A stretch of DNA of 54,349 nt from Candidatus Iainarchaeum sp. (lineage in GTDB: Archaea > Iainarchaeota > Iainarchaeia > Iainarchaeales > DTGL01). Location: assembly GCA_017608575.1 (NCBI GenBank), contig JAFCFP010000002.1:1-54349 (forward strand), given 5' to 3'. The translations under genes were made by a program, and so were the position numbers. Below are positions 18,475-26,352 of the stretch, piece by piece. The notes beneath the pieces were generated by a model, which was not told the DNA's origin, did not search any database, and was given only the letters and a program-made list of their open reading frames with translations. The number at the start of each line of letters is the position of its first letter. The stretch's first letter is position 1.

Positions 18475-18900
18475 ATGGCTGTGGAAAGGGTTGGAGTTTC
18501 ATTTGAACCGATGCTGTTAAAAAACTTTGATGCATTGATCCAAAAAAAAGGCTATCCTAACCGCTCCGAAGCAATAAGGGATCTGGTGCGGAGAAGCATT
18601 GCAGAGGAAAAAATTAAATCAAGGAAAGGCAACGTTGTAGGCACAATTACAATCGTTTATGAGCACCATTCTCACAATGTTGCCAGCCAACTGTTGCACT
18701 TGCAACACCTGCACAACAGCGAGATTTATTCAACAACCCATGTTCATATTGACAAACACGCCTGTCTCGAGGTTTTAGTTGTTCACGGAGATTACAAAAA
18801 AGTAAAAAAGCTTGCAGATAACATTAAGGCAATGAAAGGAGTGAAATACGGCGAGTTAGTCATAACAAAGGGGAATATTTTAAAGGAAACAAAAAAGTAA
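18475..18900 (+). CDS. nikR: nickel-responsive regulator NikR (ribbon-helix-helix + ACT-like metal domain)
   Basis: ERVGVSFEPMLLKNFDALIQKKGYPNRSEAIRDLVR is the RHH. The His-rich VYEHHSHNV...HLQHLH...HVHID..AC block is the high-affinity Ni-site pattern. ATG 18475 follows an AAGGTG SD. Confidence 0.88.
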   Translation: MAVERVGVSFEPMLLKNFDALIQKKGYPNRSEAIRDLVRRSIAEEKIKSRKGNVVGTITIVYEHHSHNVASQLLHLQHLHNSEIYSTTHVHIDKHACLEVLVVHGDYKKVKKLADNIKAMKGVKYGELVITKGNILKETKK

Positions 18901-18911
18901 AAAGAAAAGCC

Positions 18912-18938
18912 TTTTTTTAATTTTGCTCCACATTTTTT
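18912..18938 (+). terminator. oligo-T tracts after nikR (candidate archaeal terminator)
   Basis: T7 (18912-18918), T4 and T6 (18933-18938) runs within 40 nt of the nikR stop. Confidence 0.35.
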
Positions 18939-18940
18939 AC

Positions 18941-19020
18941 GGGCAGGGCAAAACGAATTCTTGAAAAAGGATTCAACCAACTCTCTTAGCAGCACTGCCG
19001 CATGGCAGTGTGCCCTGCCT
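18941..19020 (+). promoter_or_regulatory. GC-rich nested inverted repeats: candidate structured RNA / 5' leader
   Basis: 18941-18950 pairs with 19011-19020 (9 WC pairs + 1 GU). Inner hairpins are 18955-60/18969-74 and CACTGCC-GCAT-GGCAGTG (18993-19010). The ATG at 19002 sits in the last hairpin. Confidence 0.4.
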
Positions 19021-19889
19021 GCTTTTCTCTCTACCGAAAAACAAATCCTATTTTTAACAAATTGGTTGAAAAATTTTATATGCGCAAACTCCGGCCATCG
19101 AAGGGAGAAGGCAGAAACACAAAGCCAAGACTTATAAAAGGAGGGCTTTTTTCCGGAAAAATATTAAAGGGCATAAATGGAGCTTTGACTGAAAGACAGG
19201 CAAAAACAGCAAAAAGAGCCTGTGAGCACTATCAAAAAACGCTTATTGAAGCAGGCATTCCAATAATTCCAGCTGAAGTTAAAATAGTTGGCCACAGGAA
19301 TTCACACAAGATTTACTTTATTCAACAAATGCTTCAGCCTGAAAAAATTCTTTCAAGATATTTTGCCAATGCCAGCCGCCATGAATGCATGCGAATTATT
19401 GATTCAATGCTGGCTTATGAAAAAAGGATTATAGAATTTAACCGCACTCATAGAGCAAGGCTTTCAATGGATGCAAACTTTCACAATTGGGTAATGGTTA
19501 ACTCTGTGCCAACATTAATTGATTTTTTTCCACCTCGTGCCCAAGGAAAAAAAGGATTTGACAGGGTTGGATTGTATACAGCTAAATCAAAAATTTTTAA
19601 GGCAGGACACGTGGTTTTGTGGCCTATTGCTCAGAGAAGAAAATATGACCCAAAAAAAGCATTACGCGTAATATTGTATGATGCAATCCATTTAAGGCCT
19701 GAACTGGCAGAAGAAATACTTAAAGCGGGGCGCTCTTTCGCCAGAGAAAATTTTTCTGGTAGAGAGCTTTCAAAGCTGTTAAGAAACTTGTCAAGCGCTA
19801 AAACCCTGAAAAAAGCAAGTTTTTTGGGCAGAACTGCAACCAGTATAGAGGACAGAAAAAGAAAAAAACTGGAAAAAAAAGCAAAATGA
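19002..19889 (+). CDS. hypothetical protein with protein-kinase-like catalytic motifs
   Basis: 295-aa ORF. SMDANFHNW (D-x4-N) followed by LIDFFPP resembles the catalytic and Mg-binding loops of APH/ePK-fold kinases. Basic C-terminal tail. Alternative start at ATG 19080. Confidence 0.4.
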   Translation: MAVCPACFSLYRKTNPIFNKLVEKFYMRKLRPSKGEGRNTKPRLIKGGLFSGKILKGINGALTERQAKTAKRACEHYQKTLIEAGIPIIPAEVKIVGHRNSHKIYFIQQMLQPEKILSRYFANASRHECMRIIDSMLAYEKRIIEFNRTHRARLSMDANFHNWVMVNSVPTLIDFFPPRAQGKKGFDRVGLYTAKSKIFKAGHVVLWPIAQRRKYDPKKALRVILYDAIHLRPELAEEILKAGRSFARENFSGRELSKLLRNLSSAKTLKKASFLGRTATSIEDRKRKKLEKKAK

Positions 19890-19975
19890 ACAAAAGACAG
19901 CGCAAAGGACAATTATTTTAAATGAAAAAGAATCAAATTATTTACATTGCGTTGAATTCTGGTAGGAGAGCATAA

Positions 19976-20272
19976 ATGGTAAAATCAAAAAAGGAAATAT
20001 TTGGTGAAGGTGAAGAAGAACTGAATGACTATTATGACCAAGAAGAAGACGAAGAAATGCTTGAAGATGATGAAATGACAGCAGCCGAGGCAGGCTTCAT
20101 GGAAGGCTATGAAAACAGTGAGTTAATAAAATGCCGCAATTGCAAAAAACTCTGCGATTTGGAAAATGCAATTGAAAAGGAGATTGACGGAGAAACCTAT
20201 TTGTTTTGCTCAGAAGAATGCGCTGAAGAATTCGAGGAAAGCCAATCAAAAGAAGGGAAAGAATGGACTTAA
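19976..20272 (+). CDS. highly acidic small protein with C-terminal TRASH-type Cys4 zinc-binding motif
   Basis: 98 aa, of which 34 are D/E. CRNC-x21-CSEEC fits the TRASH C-x2-C-x19-22-C-x3-C pattern. GGTAGGAGAG SD upstream. The 3' end overlaps the udg start by 10 nt. Confidence 0.6.
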   Translation: MVKSKKEIFGEGEEELNDYYDQEEDEEMLEDDEMTAAEAGFMEGYENSELIKCRNCKKLCDLENAIEKEIDGETYLFCSEECAEEFEESQSKEGKEWT

Positions 20273-20799
20273 TTCAAGTGGAAAACGCTTTGAAAAAATG
20301 CAAGCGTTGCAATCTCTGGAAAATCCGAAAGAATGTTGTGCCAGGGGAAGGCAGAAAGAATGCAAAAATAATGCTTGTCGGAGAAGCACCAGGAAAAGAA
20401 GAGGACGCCACTGGAAGACCTTTTGTTGGGCGTGCCGGAAAACTGCTCAATTCAATTCTTGAAGAGGCAAAAATAAAACGATCACAATTATACATAACCT
20501 CTGTTTTGAAATGCCACCCCCCACAAAACAGAAAGCCCTTCTCTGGTGAAATAAAAGAATGCCTTCCCTGGCTTGAAAAACAAATTGAAACAATTCAGCC
20601 AAAAATAATTGGGTTAATGGGAAACACTGCAATTAAAAGCCTGCTTGGATTTAATGGAATAACAAAAATGCATGGAAAAACCATTGAAAAAAATGGAAAA
20701 AAATTTCTTCTTTTGTTCCATCCTGCTGCTGGAGTTTACAATGCAAAACTGATTCCAAAAATGAAAAAAGATTACGCAAAATTAATTGAATTTGTTTAG
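20263..20799 (+). CDS. udg: uracil-DNA glycosylase, family 4
   Basis: CKRCNL, MLVGEAPGKEEDATGRPFVGRAGKLL, CHPP.NR.P and FHPAA blocks are typical of family 4 (Fe-S) UDGs. Confidence 0.88.
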   Translation: MDLIQVENALKKCKRCNLWKIRKNVVPGEGRKNAKIMLVGEAPGKEEDATGRPFVGRAGKLLNSILEEAKIKRSQLYITSVLKCHPPQNRKPFSGEIKECLPWLEKQIETIQPKIIGLMGNTAIKSLLGFNGITKMHGKTIEKNGKKFLLLFHPAAGVYNAKLIPKMKKDYAKLIEFV

Positions 20800-21368
20800 T
20801 TTTCCTTTTCTATCCTACTAAGCATGGGCCCTTTTTGATGAGAGTACTTGCTTTCCTTTCTCTTATTGTATGGTTTTTCGCTTGGGCTTGTCAAGGTTTC
20901 AAATGTTAAACGGCACACTTTTAAGCCTGGCCATAAAACAACCGGCAACTTTGAAATATTTGTCATTTCAAGGGTGAGTGTTCCTTCAAATCCCGGATCA
21001 ATGGAACCAGCAGTGGAATGAATTACTATGCCTAACCTGCCAAGAGATGACCTGCCATCAAGGCGAGCCATTAAATCATTTGGCAGTTTAATTTTTTCCT
21101 TTGTGGTTGCCAGCACAAACTCCCCTGGATGCATTGTGAACGATTTTCCCTTCGGAATCTTTATGAGCTCGGTTAGTTCTTCCCTAATACCCTTCTTTGT
21201 ATCAATATGCGTTACCTCTGAATGCTTAAAAACACGGAATTCCCTTCCCAGGGAAAGGTCAACTGAAGCAACCGTTATTTTTTTTGGATTAATGCCAGTA
21301 ATTTTAAGCCTTCCAGTTCTAATTGCTTTCTTTATATCGCGGTCGCTTAAAACAGCCATTTTTTTCAC
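20796..21368 (-). CDS. dcd: dCTP deaminase (possibly bifunctional dCTP deaminase/dUTPase)
   Basis: LSDRDIKKAI, ASVDLSLG, ARLDGRSSLGRLGIVIH and the GFEGTLTLEMTN signature. Confidence 0.88.
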   Translation of the reverse strand: MKKMAVLSDRDIKKAIRTGRLKITGINPKKITVASVDLSLGREFRVFKHSEVTHIDTKKGIREELTELIKIPKGKSFTMHPGEFVLATTKEKIKLPNDLMARLDGRSSLGRLGIVIHSTAGSIDPGFEGTLTLEMTNISKLPVVLWPGLKVCRLTFETLTSPSEKPYNKRKESKYSHQKGPMLSRIEKEN

Positions 21369-22444
21369 TTCCTTTTCAAAAGCTTCTGCCTTAAAATCTT
21401 TTTAATGTTCTCCTTAAATTCTTCAAGGTGTTCCCTTGGAACCGAACCAGCTGCTGCTGGAATGTGACCTCCACCACTTGCTCCCGGGATTGAAGCAGTG
21501 GCTTTTTCAAGCAATTCATTCATTTTAATTTTAAAATCCTGTCGCCGCGCAGAAAACCTTACAAGTGGTTTGCCGTTGTCTCCGAAAACAATTATTGTTT
21601 TGTTTGGATGCTTTAATGTCAAGCGGTCAATTACTGCTGATTTTATTTCTTTGTCTGAGCGAATGGTGAAAAAATACAATTCCAGGGATGGAAAAAATTC
21701 TGCTTTTTTTTCAAATTCGGATTCGTGTTTTTTTATTTCATTTTCAAGCACTGAAACAAATTCTTTGAATTTTCCTGAAAGAATTTTTGCTGGAGCCATT
21801 GAATAAAAGTCATTGAATAATTCTGGGAATTTTTCTGGAGCCAATACTTCCACTGCGCTGATTATTTCCTTTAATTGCTTTAATTCATTTAGGGAAATTT
21901 TTAATCTGGCAATTGTTTCATTGAAAAAATCCTTCCATGAATCATAACTCATATCTCCAAGCAATCCAACACAGGCAATCCATGTCTCATTGCTTAAATC
22001 AATTAGCCCCGAACACAAATCAAAGCAGAGCTTTGAAGCAGGATAATTGCTTCCATCCAATTCGCTTAACATTTGGGATTTAATGAAAACAGTTCTGGAA
22101 GAATTCAAATCATTGTATATTTTGTGGTGGTCAAGGATTAGTATTGGAGCAATTGATTCCAATTCTCGGATGAATTCAGGGAACTGGTCAATGGATAAAT
22201 CCAAAAAAACAATTTTATCCGGCTTGAATTCCAAGAGTTTTTCTTTTATTGCTTTTTTTTCATGATAGTCAGCAGAAAAAACCAATTCCGCGCGTTTCCC
22301 GCGGAGTTTTTCCAATGCTTTTGAGAACAACAACGCGGAACAAATGCCATCAGTATCTCTGTGATGCACTACTGCAATTTTTTGCCAAGCGGAAATTTTT
22401 TTCATAAAATTATTGAATCTTTTTTTAAGCCGTGCTTGCTGCAT
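21365..22444 (-). CDS. DHH-family phosphoesterase (RecJ/NrnA-like, DHH + DHHA1)
   Basis: VVHHRDTDGICSA, ILDHH and GGGHIPAAAG motifs. ATG 22444 (MQQARLKK) is preferred to the track start at 22516. ATGA overlap with dcd. Confidence 0.75.
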   Translation of the reverse strand: MQQARLKKRFNNFMKKISAWQKIAVVHHRDTDGICSALLFSKALEKLRGKRAELVFSADYHEKKAIKEKLLEFKPDKIVFLDLSIDQFPEFIRELESIAPILILDHHKIYNDLNSSRTVFIKSQMLSELDGSNYPASKLCFDLCSGLIDLSNETWIACVGLLGDMSYDSWKDFFNETIARLKISLNELKQLKEIISAVEVLAPEKFPELFNDFYSMAPAKILSGKFKEFVSVLENEIKKHESEFEKKAEFFPSLELYFFTIRSDKEIKSAVIDRLTLKHPNKTIIVFGDNGKPLVRFSARRQDFKIKMNELLEKATASIPGASGGGHIPAAAGSVPREHLEEFKENIKKILRQKLLKRK

Positions 22445-22595
22445 ACTATCCAATTTTAAAGGGAAAGTGTTAAAAATGAAAGTAGTGCGTTTGGCTATTC
22501 CAATGCTTGAGCCCATGCAGAGCCGGGAGTCTCTGGAAGCCCATTAGATTTATTAATGTAAGGCATCTAATATTACTCTATTCGGAGGTTTTGGT

Positions 22596-22760
22596 ATGGC
22601 TTGTACTTATAAAAATTCACGGGGTAAAACTTATTACTTGCATCAACGCGGAAAACTTTACTATTTCAGTCAAAAGGAAAACGGGGCAATTGAATTGCCT
22701 GAAGGCTTTAAAATAGTAGAAAACACTCGCACGGGCCTGCCAATGCTCAAAAAGAAATAA
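22596..22760 (+). CDS. unlisted 54-aa small protein
   Basis: ATG 22596 lies 6 nt after GGAGGT. It translates to MACTYKNSRGKTYYLHQRGKLYYFSQKENGAIELPEGFKIVENTRTGLPMLKKK. It is below the 60-aa track cutoff and lies directly upstream of the peptidase pair. Confidence 0.5.
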   Translation: MACTYKNSRGKTYYLHQRGKLYYFSQKENGAIELPEGFKIVENTRTGLPMLKKK

Positions 22761-22787
22761 CTCATTCTAAGCTTTTCAGGTGTTCGA

Positions 22788-24572
22788 ATGAAATACAACG
22801 AAAAAGCATTCAATGAAGCGGTTAAATACTACAAAAAGAGCTTTGGAAAAAAGGCAAGAGGAAAAACGGTTTTAATAGTCCTTGAACCAGCAAACGAGAA
22901 AGGATTTTATTCAATTGCTCCTTTAAGCAGGGCATTGCATGACCTAAAAGCAGATGTTAACGTAAAAATTGGGAACAGCAATACTCGATTGCTTGAAAGA
23001 ATTTGGAAAACAAACAATGAATTGCTTCAAGGAAAAAAAACAAAAGCAGCAAATGCATTAAAGGAATTTATCCGTGAAGCAGAAAAGAAAATAAAAAAAG
23101 GCGAATTTGAAAAAATCTTTCTCGAACCAGAAATAAGAATCTATGCAGACAACAAAGGATTCATAGTGAACAACGAGGGAAAATTTTTTTCACTCGAATA
23201 CAAGCAAAAATGGTTCAAAAAATTCAAATGGAAAGAATTGCTCAAAACAAGTGAAAAAATATTAAAATATGGCTATGCATTAAAGAAAAACGAACGATTT
23301 GCAATAAGCTTTGAATTGGTGCCAGCAAAAAAAGACACAGAACTGCCACTGGAAGATTATTTGGATAATTATGCAATTGCAAGAGCAATGCTTCTCGCAG
23401 CGAGAAAAAAATGCAAGCATTCTTCCTTGAATGCAAGCACAATGCGCCGCTCAAAACTTGAAAGAATGGAAAGAATTGGAGATCTAAGCTCAACAATCAG
23501 TGGCTGTGAATACGATAAAAAAGCAAAGGAAAAAGTATTCAAAAAATTCTCTGCGCTTTCAAAAGCATTAAAATTAAACGAATGGAAACACAGTGATGCA
23601 GTTTTTTCAATTGTGGGAAAAGGCTATGCTGGAAAACACTTGTTTGGCGCAATGATTGGATATCCTTCACTTGATGGAAAAACACGTTGGGGTTCTCCCG
23701 GGCAAATGATGTTAAAGCCATGGTGGGCAATGCAGGCATCAATCGACAAACGTAAACCGCAAATGCGCTTGGGAATAACTGAAACTGTTCCAATAAAAGA
23801 ATTCATTGAAACCTGCAACATTGATTATAAAAAAATGCGTTCAAGGAATGAAAAAATAAAAAAAGCAATTGATTCAAGCCAAAAACTATTCGTTAAAGGA
23901 ATAAAAGTAAAAGGCGGCCAAACCCTTCTTGAAATTGCTCTTGTAAGGGGGAAAAAACGCAGGTTAGTGCAAAAAAGTGATTCAGATGCACGCAGAAAAC
24001 TTGACTTGCGCGCTTTTAAGAGAAGCGGCATTAAAGCAGGAATGTTTGCAAATTTTCCCGGCGGAGAAGCTTTTTTAACACCGGAATCAATTAACGGCAC
24101 TGCAATTGGCGACGTTGTAATTAACCTTGACAGGAGCATTCCATTAAGTGCAAAAAAACCAATTGTAATCTCCTTCCATAATGGGAAATGGAGATTCGAA
24201 AAAGGACCCAAATTGGTTGAAAATAAAATGAAGCAAGAACTGAGAGACGCAAAGAAATTGCTGAAAATTTATGAAAAAAACAAATCGCTTCCAAAAAAAG
24301 TCCTAAAATCCTACAGGGAAAACTTTTACAGAGTGGGAGAATTCGCTGTTAACACAAACCCAAAAGCAAAACTCAGCCGTTATTTAATAATAAGCGAAAA
24401 GATTGCAAACATGATTCACATTGCATTGGGGAGCGGATTTGAGCCAGACAGGAACACAATGTACCACTGGGATTTTGTAATTAATGCTCCAAGGCAAAAA
24501 ATGAACATTTATGGCATTAACAAAAAAGGAAAAAGGAAATGGATTTTGAAAAAAGGGAAGTTTGCCCTATGA
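22788..24572 (+). CDS. large divergent M29 (aminopeptidase T/AmpS)-like protein
   Basis: 594 aa. The C-terminal third has ANFPGGEAFLTPE, VGEFAVNTNP and IHIALGSG...YHWDF, which resemble the M29 metal-ligand blocks. The N-terminal roughly 400 aa are unrecognisable. CAGGTG SD. Confidence 0.5.
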   Translation: MKYNEKAFNEAVKYYKKSFGKKARGKTVLIVLEPANEKGFYSIAPLSRALHDLKADVNVKIGNSNTRLLERIWKTNNELLQGKKTKAANALKEFIREAEKKIKKGEFEKIFLEPEIRIYADNKGFIVNNEGKFFSLEYKQKWFKKFKWKELLKTSEKILKYGYALKKNERFAISFELVPAKKDTELPLEDYLDNYAIARAMLLAARKKCKHSSLNASTMRRSKLERMERIGDLSSTISGCEYDKKAKEKVFKKFSALSKALKLNEWKHSDAVFSIVGKGYAGKHLFGAMIGYPSLDGKTRWGSPGQMMLKPWWAMQASIDKRKPQMRLGITETVPIKEFIETCNIDYKKMRSRNEKIKKAIDSSQKLFVKGIKVKGGQTLLEIALVRGKKRRLVQKSDSDARRKLDLRAFKRSGIKAGMFANFPGGEAFLTPESINGTAIGDVVINLDRSIPLSAKKPIVISFHNGKWRFEKGPKLVENKMKQELRDAKKLLKIYEKNKSLPKKVLKSYRENFYRVGEFAVNTNPKAKLSRYLIISEKIANMIHIALGSGFEPDRNTMYHWDFVINAPRQKMNIYGINKKGKRKWILKKGKFAL

Positions 24573-25636
24573 GGGAAAAAATAAATGAATTATTTGATTT
24601 AACTGGCTTGGAGCAAGTTCTCTTGTTCAACAGATTCTTGGAACAACCTTATTTTCATTATTTTTCACAGCTTCCACTGGAACAATTTCAAGGAAATGCA
24701 TTGCTGTTAATAAAAGGAAAAAAACCAATTGTTACTTGCACTTTTTTGGACTGCTATGCTGCAAAAAAAGAAAAAACAATTTCAGTAAAAAAAATTTCAA
24801 GCAAAAAAGAATTTATTAAATTTGTTGAAAAAAAATTTCCAAAAAAAGAAATAGGCATAAATTACGCAGAGCACTCTTTAGTGCAATTAAGAAAACTTAA
24901 AAAACTCTTTAAGGTAAAAAAATTCGTAAACATTCAACAACAACTGGAAAAACTACGCGAGCAAAAAACAAAAAAGGAAATTGCAAGCATTCGCAGAGCC
25001 GTTGAGTTAACAGAAAAAGCAATGGACAAAATTCCATCTTTTTACCATAAGGGAATGACTGAAAGGGATTTGGCTATTGAACTGGAATGCTTTGTGTTGA
25101 AAAAAGGAGCCAATGGGCTTTCCTTTCCAATAATTGTTGCTTCAGGAAAGCATTCGGCAATACCGCACTATATTACCTCAAATAAAAAAATTCAAAACGG
25201 CTTTCTGCTTGTAGACTTTGGTGTACGCTATAAGAACTATTGCGCGGACCTGAGTAGGACTTTTTTTGTTGGTAGAGTGGGAAAAAAAGAAAAAGAAATG
25301 TATTCTACGGTTTTCCGGGCAAAAAAGAATGCTGAAGAGATTGCGAAAGCAAGTGTAAAAGCCTCTGCGCTCTTTGATGCTGCAAACACAGAACTTCAAA
25401 AAGCGGGATTTAAAATGGTTCATGCTTTAGGGCATGGCATTGGCTTACAGGACCATGATTTTCCAACAGAAATCAGCAAGAAAAGCAAGTGGTTGCTTAA
25501 ACCACAAATGTGTTTAGCAATAGAGCCCGCTGTTTATGGAAAATTTGGCGGCATTCGATTGGAAGACAATTATGTAATGAAAAAGAAAAAACTGGAAAAG
25601 CTGAGCAGTGCTCCAAAAGAACTCATTGAATTGTAA
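24569..25636 (+). CDS. M24-family Xaa-Pro aminopeptidase/dipeptidase
   Basis: Blocks LLVDFGVRYKNYCADLSRTF, HALGHGIGLQDHDFP, LAIEPAVY and IRLEDNYV are the D,D,H,E,E ligands. ATG 24569 overlaps the upstream stop (ATGA). Confidence 0.85.
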   Translation: MREKINELFDLTGLEQVLLFNRFLEQPYFHYFSQLPLEQFQGNALLLIKGKKPIVTCTFLDCYAAKKEKTISVKKISSKKEFIKFVEKKFPKKEIGINYAEHSLVQLRKLKKLFKVKKFVNIQQQLEKLREQKTKKEIASIRRAVELTEKAMDKIPSFYHKGMTERDLAIELECFVLKKGANGLSFPIIVASGKHSAIPHYITSNKKIQNGFLLVDFGVRYKNYCADLSRTFFVGRVGKKEKEMYSTVFRAKKNAEEIAKASVKASALFDAANTELQKAGFKMVHALGHGIGLQDHDFPTEISKKSKWLLKPQMCLAIEPAVYGKFGGIRLEDNYVMKKKKLEKLSSAPKELIEL

Positions 25637-25753
25637 AAAGTGGAAGAAAAAAATAAATAATCAGTGAACTATTTTTATTTAATATTAAAAGAAGCCAAAG
25701 GAAAAAACTTCCAAGAGAAAGAAAAGCAAGAGAAGCATATGCTTGTTCATTAG

Positions 25754-25888
25754 CTAAGGACTCGTTAATAAAATCTCCGCATCCAGCAACCGTTCCTTTG
25801 AAATATCCAGGGCAATTGCTGCTTTTGACTTGTCCGGTTTGTCCTTTCTCAAAAGTCTTTTTTCAATGCACTCGTTGAATTTGGTCAT
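25754..25888 (-). pseudogene. truncated HEPN-like gene (N-terminal about 44 codons only)
   Basis: The ATG overlaps the MNT gene stop (ATGA). MTKFNECIEKRLLRKDKPDKSKAAIALDISKERLLDAEILLTSP* resembles the first helices of HEPN toxins. There is no room for the RxxxxH part before the convergent gene. Confidence 0.45.
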
Positions 25889-26352
25889 TCAACCACCGGT
25901 AACTCTCCCCTTAAGGGAATTCCCTCAATTAAGATTCTCTGGTAAAAAGGCTTGTCCTTACTTGCCTTTTTACTCCACTCGCTTGGACTATAGACAGAGT
26001 AGTTTATTTCCCTTTTGAGTTTTTTTTCAAATTTGCTTAAATCCAACTCTTTTTTATTTTTGGAAATAATCAATAAATCCAAATCGCTTTCGCTGCTGTC
26101 CTCTCCTCTCGCAGTGCTCCCAAATAAAACAATCGACAGGGGTTTTAACTCGGATTCAATTTTTTCAATCAAACCACTTTTCTCGACTTTTTCCAAAGAA
26201 TAAGCGGTTTTAAGCAGCCGAAATCGGTTGTTATTGATATTTGCTCTAAATAAAACCAGGTTTGCCTTTTTCTTTTTTTCAACAAATTTTTCTTTCACAA
26301 ATTTGTCCAGCTGTGTTTGCAGTCGGGGCAGAAACATTACATTCTTTTGCAA
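25885..26352 (-). CDS. MNT-type nucleotidyltransferase-domain protein; N-terminal wHTH apparently frameshifted
   Basis: LSIVLFGSTARGEDSSESDLDLLII is the minimal NTase GS...D.D motif. A family-like N-terminus (MFEEYAGQKILELFFEKPFKEFHLRGVAKECNVS, ATG 26431) lies in another frame and joins near 26330. Confidence 0.7.
   Translation of the reverse strand: MQKNVMFLPRLQTQLDKFVKEKFVEKKKKANLVLFRANINNNRFRLLKTAYSLEKVEKSGLIEKIESELKPLSIVLFGSTARGEDSSESDLDLLIISKNKKELDLSKFEKKLKREINYSVYSPSEWSKKASKDKPFYQRILIEGIPLRGELPVVE

Noticed and set aside
18941-19020. The GC-rich element as a tRNA, split-tRNA half or C/D or H/ACA sRNA
   Set aside because: A 7-bp stem with a 4-nt loop and an 8-nt loop hairpin do not fit T or anticodon arms. 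There are no RUGAUGA/CUGA boxes or ACA tail in the right places. It is kept only as an unclassified structured element.
22507-22716. 69-aa plus-strand ORF in the DHH/small-gene intergenic region
   Set aside because: It has a non-ATG start, no SD and hydrophobic nonsense-like sequence. The overlapping 54-aa frame with a GGAGGT SD is preferred.
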